64,000 nucleotides of DNA from an uncultured bacterium (GTDB lineage: Bacteria > Fidelibacterota > Marinisomatia > SCGC-AAA003-L08 > TS1B11): positions 6,705 through 70,704 of the forward strand of contig CAZULW010000005.1 of assembly GCA_964621455.1 (NCBI GenBank), read 5' to 3'. The notes under the pieces are model-generated. The model was not told where the DNA came from and searched no databases. It worked only from the letters and a program-made list of their open reading frames with translations. The position numbers were made by a program, and so were the translations under genes. Shown piece after piece: positions 17,542-26,519 of the stretch (the stretch's first letter is position 1; each line of letters begins with the position of its first letter).

Positions 17542-17988
17542 TCAACTTTTAATTTTGCAGCACTCAAGCAGCTTCTCATATGCCACGGGATCGGCATGGG
17601 TCTCATTTGCCTTATAGCCCAGTTTGGCGATAGCCTGCTCTATTTCTTTCAGACTGAGCTTGGTGCCCTCATAATTAATATGGGCCATCTTCCCTACAAA
17701 GTCTACCTGTACAGATAAGATACCCACAGTCTTAACAAGACCATCCTTGATCGTGGCCTTGCAGATTTCACACTGAATAGTGGGTAGCTGCACCATAGCG
17801 TGGTCTTTGCTTGCATTCATTTCCATGTTGTGGTCACTTTGCTTGTTCATACTGTGTTGCATACCAGCCATCGAATCCTGATTCTGCGCCATGGCAGGCC
17901 GGCTACCCTGGCTCTCTGTATCAGTCCGACCACATGCACCTAAACCAAGTGTAGTGACTGCCATCATTACGGTTATGATTTGTCTCAT
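17542..17988 (-). CDS. Lipoprotein with a Met/His-rich region and an HMA (CxxC) domain; periplasmic copper-binding protein
   Basis: The ATG at 17988 has a GGAGGA RBS. Lipobox LGLGAC. Met/His-rich stretch MAGMQHSMNKQSDHNMEMN. HMA fold with CEIC. Confidence 0.8.
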   Translation of the reverse strand: MRQIITVMMAVTTLGLGACGRTDTESQGSRPAMAQNQDSMAGMQHSMNKQSDHNMEMNASKDHAMVQLPTIQCEICKATIKDGLVKTVGILSVQVDFVGKMAHINYEGTKLSLKEIEQAIAKLGYKANETHADPVAYEKLLECCKIKS

Positions 17989-18089
17989 GGTTTTACATTC
18001 CTCCGTTGTGGTTGTTATGATAGGTATTAACTCCAGGTTTCCCAGCAGCGCACGCTGTAATAGCCAGCACCGAGTAGTACAAGGAACGA

Positions 18090-18233
18090 TCAAACGATAA
18101 TGAAGTAGCCGAGGGTTGTGCCAAATCCCTTTAGGTTTCCGGCTTCCTGTCCCCTGGCCTTAACTAACACCCAGAAACCTATGCCCAAAGCGATCAGAAT
18201 CAGGGCGAAGGCTGCGTCTGCATGAAACACCAT
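18090..18233 (-). CDS. 47-aa two-helix membrane peptide (below the ORF-track cutoff)
   Basis: GGAGACCTAAA-ATG RBS spacing. MVFHADAAFALILIALGIGFWVLVKARGQEAGNLKGFGTTLGYFIIV. Sits in a co-directional gene string. Confidence 0.4.
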   Translation of the reverse strand: MVFHADAAFALILIALGIGFWVLVKARGQEAGNLKGFGTTLGYFIIV

Positions 18234-18297
18234 TTTAGGTCTCCTTTTCTGGTTTGGTTTTTAGTCCCAAGTTTTTCCTGAATATAAGCCGGTAGCT

Positions 18298-18870
18298 CTA
18301 CCGAACCGTCCACTCGGTGGACTTGGCCCAGGTGATGATTCCGTTGCTGGCATCAATCAGACTGAGACTCAAAACATAATGTTCCTTTCCGAGGAATATA
18401 TATCCATCGATGAAACCATCTACGCCAATCAGCGGCCCGATCTCCACTGCATTTTTTGCATCAATAGCCCCGATTTCGGCCAAGCCCTTCTCTTCCAACA
18501 ATTCCTGCAATCTATCACGGCTTACGACCTGGAAGGATTGTGAGGCGATCAACTCCGTGATCAGCTTTTGACGTATCGTTTGTCGGTACCGCTCTCCCGA
18601 CTCGGCAAATAGTCCCCACACGGCCACGGTCGATATATCTATATCCTGCCTTAATAGATCGGCTATGAGCTCCTCAATCATATGATCAACAATCTGGAAC
18701 ATTATGGATTCCGTATCATCAGCAGAACGTTTGGGCATCATCTCGTCATGATGGCCCATCCTACCGCTACCACCCATAGGCACAATATCGATGAGCATAC
18801 AGCCGGATAGAGTCAAAACTATAGCCAGCAACAGCGCGAGCGGGGTGGTGGTTACTTTTATTTTGTTCAT
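18298..18870 (-). CDS. Lipoprotein of unknown function (LpoB/CsgG/FlgO-like alpha/beta fold suspected)
   Basis: Lipobox LTLSGC. The 190-aa ORF has no metal motif. Confidence 0.65.
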   Translation of the reverse strand: MNKIKVTTTPLALLLAIVLTLSGCMLIDIVPMGGSGRMGHHDEMMPKRSADDTESIMFQIVDHMIEELIADLLRQDIDISTVAVWGLFAESGERYRQTIRQKLITELIASQSFQVVSRDRLQELLEEKGLAEIGAIDAKNAVEIGPLIGVDGFIDGYIFLGKEHYVLSLSLIDASNGIITWAKSTEWTVR

Positions 18871-18886
18871 TGTTCGCTTTCCCTGG

Positions 18887-18949
18887 TTACAGAGACAGCC
18901 CCCTTAGTCGGAGGGCATTGCCGATAACCGTTACTGAGCTGAAGCTCAT
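18887..18949 (-). pseudogene. Relic of the extreme C-terminus of a P1B-type (CopA-like) ATPase
   Basis: MSFSSVTVIGNALRLRG matches the conserved P1B ATPase ending (MA-x-SSVSVV-x-NALRL). Only 20 codons remain. Confidence 0.4.
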
Positions 18950-19062
18950 GACGCATCCCTGGCCGTGTCCACCGTTATCGGACAGACTTGATCTTTAAGC
19001 ATGGCTGACTCTCCTCTCATTTTGAGGTATTAAATACGGCCGCTCAATCGGGTTTAACGGGT

Positions 19063-19530
19063 TCAAATCCCCAGCTCCTCCATTTCTTGCTCAACTTTTG
19101 TTAAAGAGGTCTCATCGAATGGCTTCAGGGGCACCTGATCGGATTCTCTCACCGGACTGTCCGATGTCCACCGTTTCAGCAGCATGACCACCAACGCCGA
19201 CGCCACCCCCAATATCAAGAACGGGACTACCCAGGCAATCAGATCAAACCCTTCCTTGGGAGGGGCCGACAGGATTACCTGGCCGTAGCGGGCGACGTAG
19301 GCCTGGATGACATCCGTTGTGCCTAATCCGTTATCCAACATGCCTCGAATCGTGGCCACCATTTCGTCCGCCGTGCCGCAGTTGCAGTCATAAAGCACCA
19401 TGGTGCAGTCGTCGCAGGTACACATCAGGGCTTTGCGCACCTCTGAAAGATCCCCGGCATCGGCGGCGCCGAGACTAAACGGGAGTATCGACAGGTGAAT
19501 GAATAGCAGAAATGTTCGTATTTTTTTCAT
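19063..19530 (-). CDS. CcmH/NrfF-fold periplasmic protein with a CxCxxC-x6-CxC motif and a C-terminal TM anchor
   Basis: The ATG at 19530 gives the signal peptide MKKIRTFLLFIHLSILPFSLGA. Motif CTCDDCTMVLYDCNC. YVARYGQVILSAPPKEGFD followed by a TM helix resembles the CcmH architecture. Confidence 0.75.
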   Translation of the reverse strand: MKKIRTFLLFIHLSILPFSLGAADAGDLSEVRKALMCTCDDCTMVLYDCNCGTADEMVATIRGMLDNGLGTTDVIQAYVARYGQVILSAPPKEGFDLIAWVVPFLILGVASALVVMLLKRWTSDSPVRESDQVPLKPFDETSLTKVEQEMEELGI

Positions 19531-19645
19531 GGCTGATAATCTTTCCAGTTTCCACTTATCCTTGTAAGTGCCCGAGGCATCGCCGCGATCAATAATAAAG
19601 TGACCAACTGGTTCAATGCGCTTCATGGATATTGCCTAACGCGGA

Positions 19646-20020
19646 CTACCCCGCTCTGTTCGGTTGGAGAAATCCATCTCCCTGCTCTCCCGTACGGATT
19701 TTGATAGCCTGGCTGACATCGGAGATAAAGATGAGCCCCTCACCGCTCTAATCTGAATAGGCTTGGGAACGGAGAACCTTCATGATGTTCTCCATATCCT
19801 CGTCGGCACAGACGATCTCAATCTTGGCTATCTTGGAATATCGGTCACCGCACTTGATGGAGTATTCGTATAAATCCTTGTCAATTTGCTTAGGATCCAT
19901 CTTACCTCTGCCCACGGCCATGACATTGATGGTGGTCAGGACATCAATGCCGATATCATGTAAACCCTGCAGCACGGTTTCAACCTTCGATGTTCGGAGG
20001 TAGGCTTTGATCTCTCTCAC
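19646..20020 (-). pseudogene. P-II (GlnB-fold) family protein interrupted by an in-frame TAG at 19748-19750
   Basis: GTG start with an AAGGAAGGAG RBS. MREIKAYLR...TTINVMAVGRG resembles the P-II N-terminus. After the TAG the same frame reads SGEGLIFISDVSQAIKIRTGEQGD, which matches the P-II GDGKIFV...IRIRTGE C-terminus. Confidence 0.75.
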
Positions 20021-23000
20021 TTTTACTCTCTCCTTCCTTACGTACTGACCATGAACGCCAGATATAGTAAATGGTTGGAATAACCAGGAGGGTCAGCAGG
20101 GTGGAGGTGACCATACCGCCCACCATGGGCGCGGCAATGCGCTTCATGACCTGGGAGCCGGTGCCATGCCCCCATAATATCGGCATGAGACCAGCCATAG
20201 TGGTGGTCACGGTCATCATCTTCGGCCGGACCCGGTCTACCGCGCCTTCCATGACGGCGTCGTACAGGTCCTTCAAAGACTTCATCTTTCCCTCCTCCCG
20301 CCGCCGCTTGAATGCGTGATCCAGGTAAATCAACATAACGACTCCTGTCTCGGCGGCTATGCCCCCCAGCGCGATGAAACCGACCCCCACCGCTATGCTC
20401 ATATTGTAGCCCAGGATGTACATGAACCAGAGACCGCCCACCAGGGCGAAGGGCAGTGAGAGCATGACGATGACACTTTCAGTGACGTTTCTGAAGTTCA
20501 AATACAGCAGAAGGAAAATGATCATCAGGGTGATGGGCACCACCACCTTCAAGCGTTTGTTGGCCCGTTCCATATACTCATATTGTCCGCTCCATACGAT
20601 GGAGTATCCTTCCGGAACTTCGAATTCGTTTCGAAGCGCTTCCTGAGCCCTTTTGACATACGTTCCTACGTCAATACCGGTGATGTCTACATAGATCCAA
20701 CCCGTATTCCGGGCATTTTCACTTTTGATCACCGGGGCCCCTTTTCGCACCACAATATCGGCCACCTGGTTGATGGGAATCTGCGCCCCGGTGGGAGTGG
20801 GCACGATGACGCGTTTCAGCTTATTGATACTGTCCCGCAGTTCGCGACCATAGCGCACGTTGATGGGATACCGCTCCAGCCCTTCCACCGTGTAGCTGAC
20901 GTTCATCCCACCCACGGCGGATTGGATGATATCCTGCACGTCGCCCACCGTCAAGCCGTAGCGGGCGGCTTCCTCGCGGTTGATCTCGAAGTCCAGGAAA
21001 TTCCCGCCGGTGACCTTATCGGCGTAGGCACTTAATGTACCGGGCAGCTTCTGAACGATGGCCTGCACCTTGGCTGCCAGGGTATTCAATGTATCCAGGT
21101 TGTCACCCATGAGTTTGATGCCCACGGGAGTCTTTATGCCCGTACTCAGCATATCAATCCGGGTCTTGATGGGCATGGTCCAGGCATTGGTCAGCCCCGG
21201 AAACTGGATGGCGGCGTTCAATTCAGCGACCAACTCTTCCATGGTCACCGCCCGGTTTTCCGGCCAAATGAGCGAGAGGAAGGACCGGAGAAAACCCGGT
21301 AGCGGCAGGCCTGAATACCAGCGGTAACTATGCTTCCTTTTAGGCCATTCGTGCGGCTGTTTGAGCGTGATGGTGGTCTCGATCATGCTCAGCGGGGCCG
21401 GGTCGGTGGCCGTCTCCGCCCGTCCAATCTTCCCGAATACCAGTTCCACCTCCGGGAAAGCCTTGATCAGCTTATCTGTCTGCTGTAACAGCTCCCTGGC
21501 TTTCGTGATCGAGATACCCGGATCGGTAGTAGGCATATAGAGCAGATCGCCCTCGTTCAGCGGCGGCATGAACTCGGAGCCCAGGTTTTTCAGGGGGATG
21601 ATCGTCACCCCCAGCACGATAGCAGTGACCAGTAAGGTTGTTTTCCTGAAGCGCAGGACCAGCCTGATCACCGGCCGGTAGATATGGATCAGGAATCGAT
21701 TGATGGGGTTTCTCCGTTCGGGAAGGATCTTCCCTTTGATGAGGTAACCCATCAGGACCGGCACGATAGTGATGGCCAGCAGAGCGGATGCCGCCATGGC
21801 GTAGGTTTTTGTGAATGCGAGAGGTTTGAACAGACGCCCCTCCTGTGCCTGGAGGGTGAATACCGGCATGAATGAGAAAGTGATGATGAGCAGAGAATAA
21901 AACAGCGCCGGTCCGACCTCCTTCGACGCGTCGAGAATTAGCTGCCAGTGAGGGACCTGGCCACCACGCCGCTCGATATGCTTGTGAGCGTTCTCGATCA
22001 TCACGATGGCGGCGTCAACCATGACGCCGATGGCAATGGCGATACCGCCCAGGGACATGATATTGGCGTTGATCCCTTGATAGCGCATCACCATAAATGA
22101 AATAAGTATCCCCACCGGCAGAGTGAAAATGACAACGAAGGCGCTCCGGAAGTGGAGCAGGAAAATAATGCACACCAGGGCCACGACGATGCTCTCCTCG
22201 ATGAGCTTCTCTTTAAGATTGTCAACGGCCCGCTCGATCAGTAACGACCGGTCATAGGCCGGCCTGATGGTGACCCCTTCGGGTAGGCCGACTTTCAGTT
22301 CTTCGATCTTCTCCCGTACATTGCGAATCACTTCCAGGGCATTCTCGCCGTAGCGCATTACGATTATGCCGCCAACCACCTCGCCAATGCCATCCCGTTC
22401 CGCAAGCCCGCGCCGGAGCTCCGGCCCCAGGTGGATGTGCGCCACGTTTCGCAGCAGGATCGGGGTGCCGTTATCGTCTACGCCCAGAGGGACTTTTTTC
22501 AGGTCATCTATCGACTGGATATAGCCGAGTCCCCTGACCATGAACTCCGTCTCGGCCATCTCGATCAGCCGGCCACCGACATCATTGTTACTCCGCTTGA
22601 TGGCCAGCTTGATTTTGTTCAGGGGTATGTTATACGCGAGCAGCTTATTGGGGTCCACTTCCACCTGGTACTGCTTGACAAACCCACCGACACTTGCCAC
22701 TTCCGAGACTCCCGGGACACTCATCAACTGATACCTCAGGTACCAGTCCTGGATGGAACGCAGCTGCTGGAGGTCATGGCGGTCACTCTCCACGGTATAT
22801 TCATACACCCACCCGACGCCGGTTGCGTCGGGGCCGAGTTGCGGCGAAACCCCCTGGGGCAGTCGACCAGATACAAAGTTCAGATACTCGAGAACCCGGC
22901 TTCGGGCCCAGTACATATCCGTCCCGTCTTCAAAGATGATATAGACAAAAGAGATCCCGAAGAACGAATAGCCTCGAACCACCTTTGCGAATGGCACGGA

Positions 23001-23222
23001 AAGCATGGCGGTCGTGAGGGGATACGTCACCTGGTCTTCCACGACCTGGGGCGCCTGTCCGGGATACTCAGTCAGGATGATGACCTGGACGTCACTCAAA
23101 TCCGGGATCGCGTCCAGAGGGGTCGTGGACATGGCATAGAAGCCCCCCAGTATCACAAATACCGTCGCCAGCACAACCATGAAGCGGTTATTGATGGACC
23201 ATTCGATAATTTTCTCAATCAT
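19980..23222 (-). CDS. cusA: Heavy-metal efflux RND pump, CusA/CzcA family
   Basis: 1080 aa with 12 TM helices and conserved HME-RND blocks (AIGVMVDAAIVMIEN, RPKMMTV). It sits in a cusC-cusB-x-cusA context. Confidence 0.95.
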   Translation of the reverse strand: MIEKIIEWSINNRFMVVLATVFVILGGFYAMSTTPLDAIPDLSDVQVIILTEYPGQAPQVVEDQVTYPLTTAMLSVPFAKVVRGYSFFGISFVYIIFEDGTDMYWARSRVLEYLNFVSGRLPQGVSPQLGPDATGVGWVYEYTVESDRHDLQQLRSIQDWYLRYQLMSVPGVSEVASVGGFVKQYQVEVDPNKLLAYNIPLNKIKLAIKRSNNDVGGRLIEMAETEFMVRGLGYIQSIDDLKKVPLGVDDNGTPILLRNVAHIHLGPELRRGLAERDGIGEVVGGIIVMRYGENALEVIRNVREKIEELKVGLPEGVTIRPAYDRSLLIERAVDNLKEKLIEESIVVALVCIIFLLHFRSAFVVIFTLPVGILISFMVMRYQGINANIMSLGGIAIAIGVMVDAAIVMIENAHKHIERRGGQVPHWQLILDASKEVGPALFYSLLIITFSFMPVFTLQAQEGRLFKPLAFTKTYAMAASALLAITIVPVLMGYLIKGKILPERRNPINRFLIHIYRPVIRLVLRFRKTTLLVTAIVLGVTIIPLKNLGSEFMPPLNEGDLLYMPTTDPGISITKARELLQQTDKLIKAFPEVELVFGKIGRAETATDPAPLSMIETTITLKQPHEWPKRKHSYRWYSGLPLPGFLRSFLSLIWPENRAVTMEELVAELNAAIQFPGLTNAWTMPIKTRIDMLSTGIKTPVGIKLMGDNLDTLNTLAAKVQAIVQKLPGTLSAYADKVTGGNFLDFEINREEAARYGLTVGDVQDIIQSAVGGMNVSYTVEGLERYPINVRYGRELRDSINKLKRVIVPTPTGAQIPINQVADIVVRKGAPVIKSENARNTGWIYVDITGIDVGTYVKRAQEALRNEFEVPEGYSIVWSGQYEYMERANKRLKVVVPITLMIIFLLLYLNFRNVTESVIVMLSLPFALVGGLWFMYILGYNMSIAVGVGFIALGGIAAETGVVMLIYLDHAFKRRREEGKMKSLKDLYDAVMEGAVDRVRPKMMTVTTTMAGLMPILWGHGTGSQVMKRIAAPMVGGMVTSTLLTLLVIPTIYYIWRSWSVRKEGESKSERDQSLPPNIEG

Positions 23223-23302
23223 CTAATATCCTCCGGCAGGGACCTTTATGTGGCAGTACCTGTTTGATCACAGATTCCACTGATCGTCAGTTCGTTTCAT
23301 TG

Positions 23303-23692
23303 TTAGTTTTCAATTAGTACCAAGTCCATCTTGCAGACTGGGCATGTCCCCGGTTCTTCCGTAACCACGTGTGAATGCTCCGGCATGGGGCAGGTGTAAT
23401 ATTGCTGCGCGGCATCGAAGGGTTCCGTCTTCGCTACCATGGTCATCCCGCACTCCGGGCAATTTCCCGGGTCCTTCATTCTTACAAATGAATGCGATTC
23501 CATCGGGCAGGTATAGTATGTCAGGTTTCCATCCTGAACGGTCCCAAATGAGATCGATTCAACATGCATGGTTTCTTCCTTCATTGTATGGTCGTGTTGA
23601 TGGTCATGTGAAGGTTGCTGGGTGGAGTCCATCTTGACTTCCGCTTCTGACTGCTCGTGACCTTCGTGGAGATTTTCCATATCCGTTTTCAT
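23303..23692 (-). CDS. Protein with a His-rich N-terminus and two heavy-metal-binding (HMBD, YTCPM...CPxCxM) domains
   Basis: YYTCPMESH...CPECGMTM and YYTCPMPEH...CPVCKMDL. ATGA overlap with the cusB stop. No obvious signal peptide. Confidence 0.8.
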   Translation of the reverse strand: MKTDMENLHEGHEQSEAEVKMDSTQQPSHDHQHDHTMKEETMHVESISFGTVQDGNLTYYTCPMESHSFVRMKDPGNCPECGMTMVAKTEPFDAAQQYYTCPMPEHSHVVTEEPGTCPVCKMDLVLIEN

Positions 23693-25113
23693 TTGGGACT
23701 CCTGGGCCCGGCCCGAGCCTGAAGCATCTTTGCAATGCTCTCTTGAAGTTTGCTCTCTGAATCGATGAGAAACTGTCCGGAAGCGACGACTTCCTCACCC
23801 TCAGATAATCCCTCGATGACCTGGTAATACCCATCGGCACCCTCTACTCCAATCGTTACGTCCCGAGGAGCGAAACGGCCCTCACCAAGGGAGACAATGA
23901 CCAGGTTGCGTTCTCCTGAAAAGAGGACTGCTTCGGTGGGTACGGCAATGACATCCGTCAGTGGAGAGGTCTCAATCTCAACGTTGGCATACATCCCGGG
24001 CTTCAGATCCAGACTGGGATTTGTGAAGGACAACCGCACCTTGATCGTTCGTGTCTTCTCTTCAAGATAGGGGTAGATATACTGCACTTCTCCGGTATAC
24101 GTCTTACCCGGATCGTAGGAAAGCGTCACGGTTGCCTTTTGGCCCGTCTCCACCCAGGGGACCTCGTATTCATATATGTCCGCGTACACCCAGATTTCCG
24201 ATAGATCAACGATCGTATAGAGGTTCATCCCGGACTTGACCTCCATGCCATCGAGGGCGTGCTTGTTCGTCACGATGCCCTCAAAGGGTGATTTGACGGT
24301 CAGCGTTTTTCTGACTTCACCGGTCCTGGCAAGTCGATCGATCTGGTCCTGGGATATATCAAAGTACTCCAACCGGCGGCGTACGGAAGCCAAAATGCGT
24401 TCCAGATTCGCCCTCGCCGCACCGGAGGCTTCCGGGCTGAGATTTCTCAGGTTGTTATGTGCATCAAGGTACTCCTCCTGGGTGGTCACGAGTTGAGGGC
24501 TGTATATCTCTAGAAGGGATTCTCTCTTCTCCACCTTTTGGCCGGTTGTGTTGACATATGTTTCTTCGATCCAGCCTGAAAATTTCGTGTTTATATGCGC
24601 CACCCTCGCTTCGTCATAGTCGATCCGGCCGATGGTCCTGATCTTCTGGTAGATGTCCTTCCTTACTACGGGAGCCAGTCTGATACCCATATTCTGTTGC
24701 ACCACAGGATTAATTTTCACACTTGCGCCGAAGGCTTCTTCTCCTTCATAAACCGGGATGAGATCCATCCCCATGGGTGATTTCCCCGGTTTGGGAGAGA
24801 TGTAGGTAGGGTCCATCGGTGCCCGCCAGTAAAGGATTCTCCGATCACCCTTGGCATCCGCAGAGGCTGCGGCCGTTGTAGTCGGCTGGCTTATGGGGAC
24901 CAGATCCATCCCACAGATAGGGCAGTTCCCCGGCCCCTCCTGGATGACGTTCGGATGCATACCGCAGGTATACAGCCGGGCCGCCGCTTGCGCGACCTGT
25001 TCCGTGCTCTTCTCCGTTTCAGATCCCCGGCTACAACCGACTATCACAAGGGTCAAGGCTGTTAAAATAATCCCGAAGGTGATTTTGATGAGGGTAAAGC
25101 CATTAATTCTCAT
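23689..25113 (-). CDS. cusB: RND membrane-fusion protein CusB-like with an N-terminal HMBD
   Basis: N-terminal anchor/lipobox (VIVGCS). YTCGMHPNVIQEGPGNCPICGMDL. MFP beta-barrel and lipoyl-like regions. Confidence 0.92.
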   Translation of the reverse strand: MRINGFTLIKITFGIILTALTLVIVGCSRGSETEKSTEQVAQAAARLYTCGMHPNVIQEGPGNCPICGMDLVPISQPTTTAAASADAKGDRRILYWRAPMDPTYISPKPGKSPMGMDLIPVYEGEEAFGASVKINPVVQQNMGIRLAPVVRKDIYQKIRTIGRIDYDEARVAHINTKFSGWIEETYVNTTGQKVEKRESLLEIYSPQLVTTQEEYLDAHNNLRNLSPEASGAARANLERILASVRRRLEYFDISQDQIDRLARTGEVRKTLTVKSPFEGIVTNKHALDGMEVKSGMNLYTIVDLSEIWVYADIYEYEVPWVETGQKATVTLSYDPGKTYTGEVQYIYPYLEEKTRTIKVRLSFTNPSLDLKPGMYANVEIETSPLTDVIAVPTEAVLFSGERNLVIVSLGEGRFAPRDVTIGVEGADGYYQVIEGLSEGEEVVASGQFLIDSESKLQESIAKMLQARAGPRSPK

Positions 25114-26494
25114 TTTGTGACTCCTCTCCTAAATAGATTAAACCTGTGTCTCTTAATAGTCTTGCGCTGGCAATACGACGCCTGGCCTCGACGGTCTCGA
25201 ACTCCAAGCGTACTCGGACGACCATACGTTCGCTGTCCAGTAGGTCGAGAAAGCTGATCCTACCGGTTTCGTAGGCCGAGAATGCCGACGCCAGCATCTG
25301 TTCTGACTCCTGAACCAGCTGCTCCTTGTAGAGGACAGAAGTTTCATCGATTTCCTCCAGATCCTTCTTAGTTGAGCGAACTTTGTCCTCAATTTGGTTC
25401 CACGTTTCTTCCAGGCTTTCCTCTCTCGACATGATCATTAGTTTTGATGATCGGACCCTGGCCTTATTCCTGCCGAACCAGAGCGGAAGGTTCAGGCCTA
25501 GCTTGAATCCCCAAGCATCGTCCCCCACCGACTGCCCCATCGCGCCTTCTTCGCCGATTGCGGTATAGGTCAGCCCGGCAATGAGATCCGGGTAATTCCT
25601 GCGAACGGCTAGTTCCTTTTGCAAAACTGCAATCTGCAGATCACGCTGGGCTTTCAAATACAAGGGGTGTACTTCTCTGGCCAGATTCAACCAATGTTCC
25701 GCGGTATTCGAGGGCAGGATATTAGTCCGCTGACCCCTGAAGAGTTCCGACGTGAAAGCCCCATCGAATAAAGACTGGAGGCTGTTGACAACGGATTCTA
25801 GACTGCTTTGCAGGGTATTGATCTGACTTTCAATCAACGAGATTTCAATTTGCAATTTCAGGATAGGGTGCTGGGTGATACCGGTACCCGTAGAGTACTG
25901 CGTCAATGCTATGGTCCGGAAGGACTCCAATTCACTTCGATACCCATCAAGAATGTCCAGCGAGTTTTTCAGCTTCAGGTAATTTTCCCAGTCCATTCTC
26001 ATTTGGAAGACGGCCACGACCTTCTTCTGCTCGAGGTTCAACGCAGCAATTTCAGCCCTCTCTTGCGCCACTTTTCTTTCTCGTCTTAGTTTTCCCCAGA
26101 GAGGAAACTTCTGACCTAACATGAGTTGGGCCTCCATGGGTCCATTCCTGGTTTCTATGGGGTCTACAAAGGTGGAAGACTCCACCATGGGATCAGGCAG
26201 TACACCGAAAGTCTTCACTTTTTCTTTGGCAGCCTGATAGGCCTTTTCAGCCGCTCGGAGGTCACGGTTGTTATCAAACAACAACCTTATTGGATCTGGT
26301 ATTGTGTCTGACTCTATTGATTCATTTTGATCAGAACCGCCTTTTGTCTGAGGGTTCGGGGTCTGCAAAGTAGTATTGCCACGGGACACGAAGCCATCGA
26401 TCGAGATCCTTGATCCCTCATCCCATCTGGACTGGCTACTGGCTGGGCTCATAAAAAGGATTATGATTAGAAGGTTCCTCAAGCAGTGTCTCAC
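25103..26494 (-). CDS. cusC: TolC-family outer-membrane efflux protein (CusC-like)
   Basis: Two OEP-type repeats. The likely GTG start at 26494 gives the signal peptide VRHCLRNLLIIILFMSPASS. The ORF track extends to 26626. Confidence 0.85.
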   Translation of the reverse strand: MRHCLRNLLIIILFMSPASSQSRWDEGSRISIDGFVSRGNTTLQTPNPQTKGGSDQNESIESDTIPDPIRLLFDNNRDLRAAEKAYQAAKEKVKTFGVLPDPMVESSTFVDPIETRNGPMEAQLMLGQKFPLWGKLRRERKVAQERAEIAALNLEQKKVVAVFQMRMDWENYLKLKNSLDILDGYRSELESFRTIALTQYSTGTGITQHPILKLQIEISLIESQINTLQSSLESVVNSLQSLFDGAFTSELFRGQRTNILPSNTAEHWLNLAREVHPLYLKAQRDLQIAVLQKELAVRRNYPDLIAGLTYTAIGEEGAMGQSVGDDAWGFKLGLNLPLWFGRNKARVRSSKLMIMSREESLEETWNQIEDKVRSTKKDLEEIDETSVLYKEQLVQESEQMLASAFSAYETGRISFLDLLDSERMVVRVRLEFETVEARRRIASARLLRDTGLIYLGEESQNEN

Positions 26495-26519
26495 AACTGT
26501 ACTCTCTTTCCGTGCTAAA

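Noticed and set aside
19059-19070. A tRNA-like T-loop sequence, GGGTTCAAATCC.
   Set aside because: The flanking bases cannot form a 5-bp T-stem or an acceptor stem, and the sequence lies inside the 3' end of the CcmH-like CDS. No tRNA, rRNA or tmRNA was recognised anywhere in the window.
15342-19750. Alternative genetic code (TGA or TAG as sense) as an explanation for the two in-frame stops.
   Set aside because: TGA terminates the pentaheme c, MopB, FeS, cytochrome b, hydA, ilvB and ilvN genes at their expected ends. TAG terminates the Rieske protein at its expected C-terminus. Global reassignment is therefore inconsistent with the window.
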